A stretch of DNA of 64,000 nt from Azolla caroliniana. Its lineage: Eukaryota > Plantae > Polypodiophyta. A model generated the notes under the pieces. That model saw only the letters and a list, made by a program, of their open reading frames with translations. It searched no databases and was not told the origin of the DNA. The stretch is taken from assembly GCA_043228905.1 (NCBI GenBank), contig JBHGNT010000021.1, forward strand, positions 12,214,001 through 12,278,000, given 5' to 3'. Positions 22,731 to 35,819 of this stretch are shown in pieces. A program made the translations under genes and the position numbers. The first letter of the stretch is position 1. Every line of letters starts with the position of its first letter.

Positions 22731-25700
22731 CGAGAGGACCACGGACCTGCGAAAGGTCCTCGAGGAACGTATCCTCGACAGCAAAGTGGAGCTATCACTG
22801 AGGAAAGTGCTCGGAATCGCCAAGAAGGAGTTCCACAACTCCATTGTGGACTTCGTGAAGCAGAAAAGGCTTTTGACAGAGCCAGAGCCGGAGAAGCCGG
22901 CGGAGTTGCAAACGACGCACCTAGAAGAAATGGCTCTAGAAGATGAGTTGGCGGAGAGCCACTATTCAAGGCCACATTGGGCCAGAGCAACCACGAAGAA
23001 CCCCGTTAAGATCGGAAATGTTCAGGAGCCGGTGGTGGCGTAGGTGGACCACGGCTCAGAAATCAACTTGATGTCCATGGACTTCTACAAGAAGGGGAAG
23101 TGGCCGATCAACACCAAGCACGGGTGGAAAATACGGGCAGCAACGCACACCACGGAAGAGCTGCATGGAGCCTGCCCGAATGTACGAGTGAAAATCGGCG
23201 ATGTCGAGATCGATCAGCACTTCTTCGTACAGGAGACGTCCTTGCATCCGGTTATACTCGGGGAACCGTACATCATAGCGGCACGGATGGAGACAACGGA
23301 AGAACGGTTCAGCATATGCACGAGTCAAGAGCCAAGATGGGTGTCACTCGGTCTAGTTCCTGACGGTGCGACCGAACCATGAGCGTAACCGCGAGACCCT
23401 CGGTGGCGAAAACCGAGAGGATTTTTAGAGAGGGCTATCAAGGCGTCGGGCCGCGATAGTCCAGACACCCTGGAAAAACCCCACAAATGTACTATAGGCC
23501 AAAAGACCTGTACCATAGGTAGGAAATTTTGGTTCTCCGATAGCACGGAGGTTGTATGATAGCCGGCGTAGTTGGCCGGGAAAAGAAGTGGGCGGAGGAG
23601 CGACTTCGGCCATGTGGTGGTTTACCGTGCCAAAGAAGAACGGCACGTTGCGCTTTATTCAAGACCTACAGCCGGTCAACAAGGTGACCATTCAGAACAC
23701 AGGAATCGGACCGACCATAGACGAGTTCGCGGAGGCCTTCGCCGGAAGGCCTATTTACTCAGTCGGTGATCTGTACTCGGGGTACAATCAGTTCCAACTA
23801 GCCGTGGAGAGCAGGGACATTACAACGATGCGAACCCCTCTTGGCCTAATGCGATGTGTACCCTCCCGCAAGGAGGGACGAACTCGGTGGCCCACATGGT
23901 GAACGCAAGGAAAAAAGTGCTAAGGGATTGTATCTCGAGCATCACCGTGCCATTCTTAGACGACATCCCGATCAAAGGATGCCTGGTGGAGGAAAAGGAC
24001 GAGACAATCGGACCGGACGGATGTCGGAAATTCGTGGCGGCTCACGTCGATGATTACGAGAAGGTACTACAAAGACTAGAAGGCGCGAAGCTCACCTTCT
24101 CCGGGGAAAAATCGTCCTTCGGGCAATCGGAGATCATGGTCGTCGGACACCTATGCGGGCCATACGATCGGAAACCGTCTTCGGCCAAGGTGGAGGCCAT
24201 CTCTGTGATGAAGCAAGACAGCAATTCGGTTACGAAGGTTCGGAGATTCCTGGAAGCATGTGCATTCTACCATATCTGGATCCCGCATTACGCCCACGTC
24301 GCGGAGCCGCTCTGTGGGTTGCTGAAGAAAGGGCGTAAATTCGAGTGGAGAGACGAGCATACGGAGTCGGTCTGGAAGATGAAAGAAGCGCTTGCCGCGG
24401 CACTGGCGCTCCGAAAGGCTGTCTACGACAAAGACACTCCGATTTACGTGACTGTAGACATGAGTCCGACCGGAATCGGATGGGTGATCAACCAAGAGGG
24501 TGACGATGACGCGAGGTTCCCCATCCAGTTTAGCGCGAAAGTCCTCAGTGAGCGACAGCGAGGATACACCCATGTTAAACGCGAACTCTGGGGTATCGTT
24601 TCGGCGGTCAAGGCCGACAAAGACTACCTGATCGGGGCAGAGGTGATAATCGAGGCGGACTGCCTGCCAATTCTCGGCATGGTTTCCGGATGCGCGACGT
24701 CGGACCTAGCAATGCTCAGGTGGATAGTGTACATCAAGTTCCTGAATCCGGAAATACGACACATTTCAGGAAAGGACAATGCCATGGCCGACATGCTTTC
24801 GAGAGCGACATTCGATGACGAGGACGACATGGTTTCGGAGGACGAGGAAGTCGGCATGGACTTCTTCGAGGCAGCTTATGTAACAACAAGAAAGGGGAGC
24901 ATTCCGGCACTTAACGAATTCGACAAGAGCAAGTACGACGGGGAGTGGCTCCAGATCAGCGGGTTCCTAAAGACAATGACACCGGACGTGGCGTGGACGA
25001 AGGAAGAGACCAACCGGATTCGAAAGAAAGCGTACCGATTCTTCCTACGGGACGGGATCATATGGAAGCACCCGAAGAAGAGAAACGGCTTCCCGCTCCG
25101 AGTGGTGGCGAAGAAAGAGGAACAGGAAGAATTGCTAACGGCATACCACGAGAGTCCCTAGGCCGGACACCGCGGGACGTGGGCCACATTCGAGAAGCTA
25201 AAGGGGAAGTACTGGTGGCCGGGACTATACCGGTACATGCATCGGTTCGTGACGACTTGCAAAAGCTGTCAGGTGCACTCAATAGTCTGACATCAGGATG
25301 AGCTTCACCCGACCTACCCTCCGCCTATCCACTTCAAGTGGATGGTGGATTTGGTGACGATGCTGATGGGGGTAGGGCAGATGCAGTATCTGGTGCTGGC
25401 TCGGGAGGACTTGACGAACCAGGTGGAACGCCGAGCGTTGCAAAACAAAACGATCGTGGCCGTGTGCCGATTTCTGATCGAAGAAGTGGTATGTCAGTAC
25501 GGGTACATAGGTAAGATGGTGGCCGACCGCGGAGAATTGGATGCGCAAGAGGTGGAAGAGTTGTTTGACCGACTAGGGATTAAACTCTCGCTCACCACAG
25601 CGTACAATCCGGAGGCTAACGGGAAGGTGGAACGGGGACATAGGCCGATCGTCAAAGCATTAGTACGGGCGTGTGGAGGCCAAGTCGGGAACTGGTCGCG

Positions 25701-26356
25701 GCTCTTACCCTATGCGTTGTGGGCGGACCAAACTACGCACAGTTCGGTAACCGGGTTCATGCCGGCAGAGCTAATTACGGGCAGAAGCCGATCATGCCAA
25801 TGGAGCAGACAATCTCCTCATGGGCCACGGTGGACTGGAAAGACAAGATGGGCCGGGAGGAGCTGTTAGCGGCACGGATTTGGCAACTAGAGCAAAGATC
25901 GGAGGACGTGGACCGAGCCGCGGAGAAGCTACTGGTGGCGAGGGTAAAGAACAAAGGACGGTTCGACCGGACTCACCGACTGAGACCGAAGAAGATCGAG
26001 GAAAGCGACTGGGTTCTAGTGTATGACAACAGCCTCAACAACCAGCACAGGGAAATGCGGAAGTTTGCAAGAAGGTGGTTCGAGCCTTATGTGGTGACAA
26101 GCGCCAACGACAATGGGACCTACCATCTCGCAGAGCTCGACGGGACAAGGATGGTGGTGCCGGTGGCGGGGAAAAGGATCAAAGCATTCAAAAAGCGGCA
26201 CGAGGCAGAACCGGACCCGGACGACCTGGATGGCGACAACGACCGGCTCGGAACGGATGACGATCCGGAGGACAAAGGATAAACGTGGGCCGGTCTTCTC
26301 CGGCAAGAGTCTAATTTTGGCGCATAACGGTGGATGCGCAATTAGGTGGGGGTGGA

Positions 26357-27020
26357 TGGCGTGGAGAAAATCGTCCCTAGGCAGAAACCGGGTATAACGT
26401 GCGTAAACCAGCCCTTACACGTGGGCAGAAGTCTTGTTGTATAGTACGTAGATAGGTACAAGTCGGTTGAGGTGAAATCCTAGGTAGCAAGCATTCATTG
26501 GGGAGAAAATCGAGGCGTATCCCTATCCGAAAGGACAGGGAATAAACATGATGTAACAGGTGGTAATGGCCTCCCTCCTTGGGCAATAAAAGAGAGGGAG
26601 AGGTATTGTAAAATATATCGCGTTTTGTGGAGGACGAAGTGCTGCCGGACTGGAACCGAGCTCTTCTCCATAGTCGTTCTGTGCAGGTTTTCGGGAGGCT
26701 GACTCTGCTCCGCGAAACGCCCGGGTGCTTCCGACAAAGTCTCCATCTCGCGTTTTGTGTGTGTGTGTGTGTGTGTGTGTGCAGGTGTCGGAGCCTATCA
26801 CTCGCCGGCTTGCCAGTTGTAACCCCTTGCTTTATATATACACATACATTCGTCCTATCTCCATTGTACGGAGTTAGATGCAACTCCTATGAATCTGTGT
26901 GTCTGTGTGCGTGTGGATTACATTGGTAGTTTCCTTCCTCTCTTCTCATTCGGTTATTTCTCGGTCCAAGGCCCCCGTGGTCCCGCCTCGTTCTCCACGC
27001 ACGCGCGTAACAACGTGACA
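26357..27020 (+). repeat. 3' LTR of gypsy element A
   Basis: Follows the PPT, ends CAACGTGACA, and 26752-27020 is near-identical to 18035-18292. Confidence 0.85.
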
Positions 27021-28509
27021 CCGTCATGTAGCTGGGAAGTGTAATGTCGTTGCAGACATGCTATCACAAGCAAGATACAATGGAGAAGAAGATCGACATT
27101 CTGATGAAGAGGATGTTGTCTTGGATTTCCTTACAAGTTCCTATGCTCAGGTGCTGACTACTTTCATAGAAGAAGACTACGAAGGTGAATTCATGGAGAA
27201 CGGGAAATACTTGAGTTCTATCCAAGTATTTCATTAAGGATGGAGCTCTTTGGAGGCATGCAAAAAAGAAGAATGGGACTCCGATGAGAGTTGTCTGCAA
27301 GCTGGAAGACCAACAAAAACTAATGTCTGAATTTCATGACAGTGTTTTTGCAAGCCATTGAGGAATATGGGCTACGTTCGCGAAGCTTAAGGAGAAATAT
27401 TGGTGGCCAGGCATCTACAATGATGTGGTAGCTTATGTGGAAACATGTAAGGAATATCATATGTTTTCGAATGTTTGCCATCGAGATGAACTTCATCCGA
27501 CTTATCCATTGGCTATGCATTACAAGTGGATGGTGGACATCGTAATGATGCCAATGGGGTGATGGCAGATGAAGTATCTTGTGCTCGCAAGAGAGGATCT
27601 TACCAATCAAGTTGAAGGGCGAGCATTGAGAACTAAGGAGACATCATCTGTATGCAGATTCCTTCTTGAAGATGTTATTTGTAGATATAGATGCGTTGGC
27701 AAGATAGTGGTTGATAGAGGCAAGTTGGACGCCAATGAAGCTAGAGAATTCTTCTCTAGAATGGGAATCAAATTATCTCTTACCATGGCGTATAATCCGG
27801 AAGCGAATGGGAAAGTGGAACGTGGACATGGACCGATTCTGAAGGCTCTAGTGAAAGCTTGCCATGGGAAAATAGGAGAATGGCCATGTCTATTGCCATT
27901 TGCACTATGGGCTGACAGGACTACTCATAGCACGGTGACGGGATACATGCCGGCAGAGCTCATATTCGGACAGAAGCTAATAATGCCAATGGAACAAAGT
28001 ATTGTTTCATGGTTTGCATTGCCATGGCAAGATGAGATAAGTAGAGAAGATCTTCTAGCATTGAGGATTCGCCAGTTGGAGCAAAAGTTGGAAGATATAG
28101 AAGTGGCTAAAGCGCGGCTAAAGAATGCAAGGCTGAAGAACAAGAAAAACTTCGACAAACGACATCAACTTCGTCTGAGGAAAATTGTTGAAGGAGATTG
28201 GGTGCTGGTCTATGATAGTAGCCTAGACAACCAACATAGTAAGGCTCGAAAATTTTCACGACGGTTTGGACCATATGTGGTGAAGAAAGTGGAAGATAAT
28301 GCAACATATCGTTTAGTAGAACTAGATGGTACACCACTAGCTTTGCCAATTGAGAATCAAGATCTTTAAGAGATGAGAGGCCCCAAATCTTGAAATTGAA
28401 GCTCTAGAAAATGTAGCCTCGACCATCAAGGTTGAAAAAGAGTAATCAAAAGAGGAACCTCACCACAATTGGCACATACCGGTGGATGTGCAGGTTTGGT
28501 GGGGGTGAA
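27021..28509 (+). mobile_element. Integrase region of an older related gypsy element C
   Basis: ORF 27569..28369 (YLVLAREDLTNQVEGRAL, YNPEANGKVERGHG) parallels the element A integrase. PPT GGTGGGGGTGAA then TGTCGTG at 28510. Confidence 0.85.
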
Positions 28510-29830
28510 TGTCGTGTGGTTTTTTACACACGATATGAAAAAAAATTGTAAACTAATTATTTAATATTAGCTTAATGGTTTGATATAGGAAGATGGACGT
28601 ATTCAAGAGCTTCTGAATGCATTTTACTACACATGAAAACGAACAACTAAATATAAAGTTATATGAGTATAAAGCTTGAGAAGATTGGGAAAACAAAACT
28701 GTAAGATATCCCACATAGATAGGACAACATCGGGTCCCGCAATATATAAGGACATCCAGAACCTATTCATTATATCAATGTGTGGAGCATAGAACGTTCA
28801 AGGTGATTTTGGCTAGATTGTGTGGATGAATGACTTGGATGATTTTGGGTCATGGCTAAATTGGCCACGGCGCATTCGGACGGACAGGCGCGTGCACTGT
28901 TTGGAAGGACGTGTGGCTCGGCGATTCGTGATGCACGGCTTGGTGTTGCTCAATCACGGGATGCGTGCACGGCTCAGTGGCTCAATCGCGGGGGGTGCAC
29001 ATGGCTCTTGTCGATCAGGACGCAAGTACGAATCATGCACGGGCTGAACTTTATGGATGATTGGAACATGTGGCTGAATTATACGGACGATCGCATGCAA
29101 CTAAAAGTAAAGGCCATGCAACTGCAGTTCGGAAGGACGCGTGGCTTGGCGGTTCGTGATGCACGGCATTGTGGTTCAATTGCGGGATGTGTGCACGGTC
29201 GCGGTGTGCACGGTTCGGAAGGACGCGAGCTCGGCAGTTCGTGACGCACGGCCTAGTGTTCGTCAATCGCGGGATGCATGCACGACTTAGTGGCTCGATC
29301 GCGGGGGGGTGCGCATGGCTCTAGTCGGTCGATACGCAAGTACGAATCATGCACAGGCTGAACTTTATGGATGATTGGATCATGTGGCCGAATTATACGG
29401 ATGGTCGCATGCCACTAAAAGTAAAGGCCATGCAACTAAAAAGGAACGCATGCAACTAAAAGTAGAGGTCATGCAACTAAAAGTGGGCCTGCAAAGGAAC
29501 ATCAAGGGCCATGATCAACAAAGAACTCCATATATATTCTACACTCTTCTTTATTCCATTTTTTTTTTCTTGCTCCCTTATCTTATCGAAGCCATAACAC
29601 TCAAAAACCCTAACTTTTTTATCAAAGCCATAAACCCTAATTTTCCTTACAGAAGCCATATCTCACAAAAACCCTAATTTTTCTTTTCTACTAATCTCCG
29701 TAAGCTAAAACTTTTGTAATCCCAATTGTGGGATAGATTGTAATTTTTCTTTTCATTTCTTAATGAAATTTGTCAAACTGATATCTTGAAGCCATATCTC
29801 TCAAAAACCCTAATTTTTCTTTTCATCTCT
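28510..29830 (+). repeat. Putative LTR of element C with internal tandem duplication and short CATGCAACTAAAAG repeats
   Basis: Begins TG after the PPT. A ~310-bp tandem duplication lies within ~28820-29430. 29620-29745 resembles 2461-2585. Right boundary uncertain. Confidence 0.45.
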
Positions 29831-30887
29831 TAAAAGTATAACGCACGAATCTGATATCCTCTGGTCGGAGGCCCCGGGATCGTGCCTCAAGTTCACCTAT
29901 CCTTGTCGTATTTTCGCAACATCGGTTTTCGCTGAAGCGAGAGTAACTATTAACATGGTTCCCGCTGAAGCGGAAATGGGAGCGACCGCTAATGTGGTTC
30001 TCACTAGAGCAGAAATGGGAGTTGCTCGCGAAACACGAGTAGGAGCAACCATTGACACTATCATCACCAGAGAAGAAATAGGAATGGGAGCAACTCTTGA
30101 TGTGTGTTAGGAACGCGGCCGTATAAGTGCGGAACAAACTCAGCACTCTTCCGTAAGGAGATCGTTAACATATGCGATGAAGAATATTGATGGCAACTAG
30201 AGATAGAATCAAACACTAAGATCAATCAATAACGCAAGAGAGAGAGACGATTGGGCACAAGGTAAATTATATTTCAACCACTTTCAACCCCCCAATTACT
30301 AAAACTAGGTTACAAGGTCAATTTATATACTAACTAACTTAGGGCAACTACCCTTCTCACTATTTACATAAACAACCTAAACCTAGTGTGTACAAAGGGA
30401 GACAATGTGAATACGTCCATTAGAGACCCGCATTCAAACTCCCCCGTAAGGGGCGTATACATCGAAAATCTGTAAATCGAAATGAATGTACAATACATAT
30501 TGATACAAGGTTTTCGAGCAAATCGAAATTTCATTCGAGGTGGTGAACTTCAAAAAACTAAAGGCCGAACTGGCCAAGATTGGTGAAGTTAAATCCGAAC
30601 TACGAACTATCAAAGTCGGTTGTTCAAAAAACATCCTAAGTGTCCGACTTAATCAGATTGATTCTTCGTTACGCCCATCTAGTGCCAAAGGGATCGGAAT
30701 CGATCTACCGAAAGACACTTGGTCATTCCATCTTCAACATTTTCACTGTAGATATCTTCTCGAGGCCGGTTTTCCCTGAAATGACGTAGTCCCAAACAAA
30801 GTGATATCGAACATCGATGTGCTTCAAGGCATTGTGGTGAACCGGATTTTTCGACAGAGTGACAACACCCTAACTATCACTATAGAC

Positions 30888-31172
30888 CATAGTACGTAAA
30901 ATTCATGTTCGTCTAGCATAACATTCGTTTTCCAACGTTCTTATGTTGGAAAACGATTGCGAATGCTATTCAAACATTCTTGTGTTTTTTTTTTCCCATT
31001 TTTTTAATGTTTTTTTTTGTTTTTTTTCCATTTTTTAGGTTTATTTACCTCATAATAAATAGTTAATCCAAAAGTATGGTATTTATCATTCTTTGAGGGT
31101 GTTTTTCTTACGTGAATGATTGAAACATTCACGAAAGCAAATGCACATATGGTTCATATGGTTTATACTATG
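30888..31172. mobile_element. hAT-type MITE (285 bp)
   Basis: Perfect 8-bp TSD CTATAGAC (30880-30887, 31173-31180), termini CATAGTA...TACTATG, AT-rich non-coding interior; interrupts the copia RNase H region. Confidence 0.75.
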
Positions 31173-31844
31173 CTATAGACAACTGGAGGCGAGTCAGATT
31201 CGACTTGTCGAAACGTGTAAGCCAACTGACCGAGCCATAAGGCCTTTTTCGCTGCAGCGAACGCAACTACGTATTTGGGCTCGATCGTTGACGTGGCAGT
31301 GCACTCCTGAAGTTTCGATTTCCACGAGATTGCTCCATTGCCGAATTTAAAGCAATATCTTATTGTCGATCTTCGATTGTCCACACAACTGACAAAATCC
31401 GAGTCAGTGTATCCCACTATGCTTGAAGTGTCATTCAGGCCGAATAGAATGCCAAGGTCTTTTGTGCCCACCAAATATCTGAACACATGCTTTACTGTGT
31501 TCTAGTGTGATCGGTCGGGATTGTGCATGAATTTGCTAAGGACTCCTACGGCGTGAGCAATGTCAGGCCGTGTCGCGACCATCGCGTACATCAAGGAGTC
31601 AATTACCGGTGCATACGGTACCAACTTCATAATGTCCCCCCTCCGAACCGAATGTCAGGCAATCTCGCTAAGACATCCGAAGGTTAATGGGGAGCGAGGT
31701 CGAAGCAGGTTTAGCCAATTGCATGTAGAAGTGTTTGAGGACACGGGCAATATAGTCGGATTGGGATAGAAACAGTTGTCTTCGATTTTGATTCCGACTA
31801 ATCTTCATGCCTAGAATGTGTCTTGCCGAACCGAGGTCCTTCAT

Positions 31845-34800
31845 GAACCCCGGGACATTTGAAACAGGTAATATGTCGCATTTTGAGAACTGTCCATCAA
31901 AAAATGACACAAATTAGGGTGATTCACAAAAAGGGGTGCCGCATGCGTAAAGGAATTTTAAAAATGACCCAAAAATATATTGATTTTTAACATGTACGGA
32001 AATTTAGGTGTTCAAAAAAATGCCTAAATAATGGACATGCCAAACTTACAAATGAATGTCCAAAATGACTAACCCCAATATTTATAGAAATTCTGAATCC
32101 AAATCTTGATGTGCAATACAATATTTATAGTTAACGTATCAGGACAATCATTTTTCGAGTTTATGTCATCATCTTCATACCCATTAGATGAACTAGTACG
32201 AGTTTATGAGGTCTCATCCTCATCATCAATGGCAACTAATGCATTGTGTTGATCCAATTGCAATCCAACCTCATCGAGTTTATGAGTCATGCTTCTTGTT
32301 TGTCTTTGTGTTGTGTCTGAAGCCACATTCCAAATCCTCTTTTAGTATCTTCATTGTGGTCTGTCACAGATAACTTGTTTTGGTCAAAGATAAGTCATAC
32401 ACTAATATATAAACATTATCCAATGTGAGAGTAGATGTGCTTGATGCATCTTTCCTCCTCACTTTTTGGTTATGATATTTCATTATGTACTTTCCATTTA
32501 CAAGATTAGATTATGTGAGAGAAGCTTTCTACCAAAATCATTAGAATCTAAAAAATGTCTTAAAGATGTTTTCCATTTTTCTTAGATTCTCATAGTAAGC
32601 CTTTGATGTCGTACAGAAACCTGATTCATTCCATCTAGATTTGACGCAACATGTCGAATTTTACTCTATACATCTAGAATTGGATATAATGCATCAGATT
32701 CCTGTAAGTCTTGGAATTTTTTTAAAAATTTCCATTAAAAAGATACTCTTGCATTTTAATGCATTGCATTGAATTCATGCTACATAGACTAAAATATGAT
32801 ACATTGCATGGATTTCCCGAAAATACATAAATAAAACATTTTCCCATAAATAAATAAATAAACATTTTTTATTTTACTCGTAAATAAATAAATAAAAATT
32901 GAAAAATTAGATTTCAATGGAAATCCAATTCCGTGCATCGGATTCAATTGAAAATCCAATTTCTCTTATTTTTTTGAAAATTTTCTTATTTTTTGAATTG
33001 TTTTTGAATTTGTTTTTATTTTTCCCATAAAAAAATAAATAAAAATTGAAAAAATGGATTTTCAACGGAAATCCGATGCACTGCATCGGATTTTGGTTGA
33101 AAGTCCACTTTTACGTATGTTTTTCCAAATTTGCTTTTTTTTTTGAATTTTTTTGAATTTTTTGAATTTTTCCCATAAAAAAATAAATAAAAATTGAAAA
33201 AATGGATTTTCAACGGAAATCCGATGCACTGCATCGGATTTTGGTTGAAAGTCCACTTTTACGTATTTTTTTCCAAATTTGCTTTTTTTTTAAATTTTTT
33301 TTAATTTTTTTTAATTTTTTCTATAAAAAATAAATAAATATTGAAAAAATAGATTTTCAATCCAAATTTTCATATTTTTTAGAATTTTTTTGGTATTTTG
33401 TTTGTCTATTTTCTCATAAATAACTATATAGGAATTGAAAAAATGAATTTTCAAAGGATTTCTATTGAAAGTCCACTTTTTGCTATTTGTTACCAAATTT
33501 TCATATTTTAAAATATTTTTTTGTATTTTTTAAATTTGTTTTCATTTTTTCCCATAAATAAATAAATAAAAATTGCAAAAAATGGGTTTTCAACAGAAAT
33601 CCGATGCACTACATAGGATTTCTATTGAAAATCCATTTTGTCTTATTTGTTTCCAATTTTTCAGATATTTTGAATTTGTTTTTGTATTTGTTTTGAATTG
33701 TTTTTGTTTTTATCATAAATAAATATATAGGAATTGAAAAAAATGGATTTTCAACGGAAATCCAATGCACTGCATCGGATTTCCATTGAAAGTCCACTTT
33801 TTCTTGTTTGTTTACAAATTTTCTTATTTGTTTATATTTTTCTCTAAAGAAGTGTTAAAAATAAACAAATTGTGATTTTCTCCATTTAAAATGATGTGTT
33901 TTCAACGGGAATCCAATGCAGTGCATCGGATTCCCGTTGAAAATAGATCATTTTCAACAGGATTTTCAATGGAAATCCGATGCACTGCATCGGATTTCCG
34001 TTCAAAATCACTGAGTGCATCGGATTTCCGTTGAAAGTCCAATATTTGTCTTATGTTTTTTCATAAAACATTAATTTGCAATTGAAATCCGACTCAATGG
34101 TTCAGATTTTGTTGAAAATGTAATATTTTTTTATTATCTCATTGTTTTATGAAAAACCTAAAAGAAATTTGGATTTTTAATTGAAATTCGATGTAGTGCA
34201 TTAGATTTCAGTTGGAAATCCACTGTTTTAATATATTTTTATTTATTTTTTGAAAAAATGAAAAACAATTGAAAAGAAAGAGGATTGCCAGCTAAAATCT
34301 GATGCAATGCATCAATGTCTAGCTGTATAGACTACGATCTGATGTAGTGTATCGTATTTCAATTGAAAAGCCGTTTATTATTTTTTTATATGGAAAATAA
34401 ATAAATAAATAACATTGGAAAAAGAAAAAAGAAAAATGGATTTTCGACTCTAATCCAACGCATTGCATTAGATTCTAGCTATATTTACTAAAATATAATG
34501 TAGTGCATAGTATTTTAGCTGAAAATCCATTTTTTATTTTTTAATGGAAAAAATTTTAAAAATTACAAAAAAAAAAAAACTTGGATTTTCAACTGAAATC
34601 TAGTGCATCGCATTGGATTCCAATTAAAAATCCAAGATTTTTTATTTTTTCAAATTTTATTGTTTCAAATTTTCAATGGGTTTTAGATTAGTTTTCTGAC
34701 ACAGGTATATAATATAAAACTTACATCAATTTAGATTAACGTTATATTCTATCCTTCAATTTGATGTTACATGTGCAATTTCATTCTATTGTCATGTACT

Positions 34801-35819
34801 ACTAAAACATACGCCTTAAAGATTATCAGGAACTCTGTTGCATTAGAGAAGGACCTTGAGCAAGTTAATGTCATCAAAATGAGGATCCAAGGTATCTGGG
34901 GTTGTCCTAATCAAGACCAAGAAGTTGGGGCAAAGCATATCAATAAAACTTAGATGTTCCAGATGACTTTTAGAAAACTTGTGGAACTATAGATGAAGAC
35001 GCAGGGCAACTTGTTGAATTAGAAGACGTTTCAGAGTCTGAACATACTAACAATTCAACTTAGCGTACTGACGAAGCCAATGAGGACAATCCTGATGAAA
35101 GAGCTAATCCTGAGTAGACGGCTTTACCAGACTTATTATTCGATTGAATGGTTGTGGCTTATTGTAAATTTTGAACAATATGAATAATTGTTAAATTTTG
35201 ACGTAATATATAAGTTGAGCTTACTTATAATTTTCGTGTAACAATCATTGAACTTAGAAATTAAGTATACTTGTATGTGTACATGTTATCTAAACTCTCC
35301 TTTATCATTTGGGGTATATCGGAGATAAGTTTATACTCTATCATTTACTCGTATGATTGGAATGTTATTGTAGACTAGTTTATTTATACATTGACAGTGT
35401 CATGTATCACGTGTCAATGGAAATTTTCTCTTGACATAGTAGTATCTCTTAATTGCAAGGTTCACAATTTGCTTTAAGATGTATTATATTTAAATATACA
35501 CACATAATTAGAAGAAGTCACTTATTCAATGGGGCATGCTTTTTAAAATATGCACAAGGACCCGTGTTACTATTATACTTGTGTTGATAAATACACCCCT
35601 GTCTAAGATTTGGACAAAAACATGGTAGATAGAATATACGTCGGATGATTTTGTTGACGTGATATTAGTTAGTTCTTTTTTTCGCTATGTTTTCATAAAC
35701 CACATACACATGCGTCGTGCCTTGTTGAAATTCTGCTTAAATAAGGCATTTTTTAACATCTCACTAAGATCTGAAAAAGAGAATGCGACATATTACCTGT
35801 TTCAAATGACCCGGTGTTC
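31845..35819. mobile_element. Non-autonomous deletion derivative of the Sola-like MTase-carrying transposon
   Basis: TIRs 31845-31882 and 35782-35819 match 36/38. Flanks TCAT/TGAT form a 4-bp TSD with one mismatch inside the copia FAMKDLG codons. Retains the transposase 3' tail (~32160-32500) and the last MTase exon (~34795-35147). Confidence 0.85.
32900..34630. repeat. Array of roughly 15 copies of the ~41-bp palindrome TTCAACGGAAATCCGATGCACTGCATCGGATTT..GTTGAA in AT-rich spacers
   Basis: Copies near 32913, 33060, 33208, 33589, 33750, 33900, 33963, 34080, 34178, 34443, 34588 and others. Two near-identical ~149-bp units at ~33015-33310. Confidence 0.9.

Larger units (their letters stand above)
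18035..27020 (+). mobile_element. Ty3/gypsy element A with tRNA-Trp PBS, degenerate and internally rearranged
   Basis: Partial 5' LTR 18035-18292 matches the 3' part of LTR 26357-27020. PBS TGGTGAACCCGACGTGAA at 18297. Protease DHGSEINLM; RT FLDDIP; RNase H; integrase YNPEANGKVERG; PPT GGTGGGGGTGGA at 26345-26356. Confidence 0.85.

Noticed and set aside
32900-34630. Palindromic repeats with spacers resembling a CRISPR array
   Set aside because: Spacers are long, AT-rich and similar to each other, repeats are degenerate, no cas genes are present, and the context is a eukaryotic TE.
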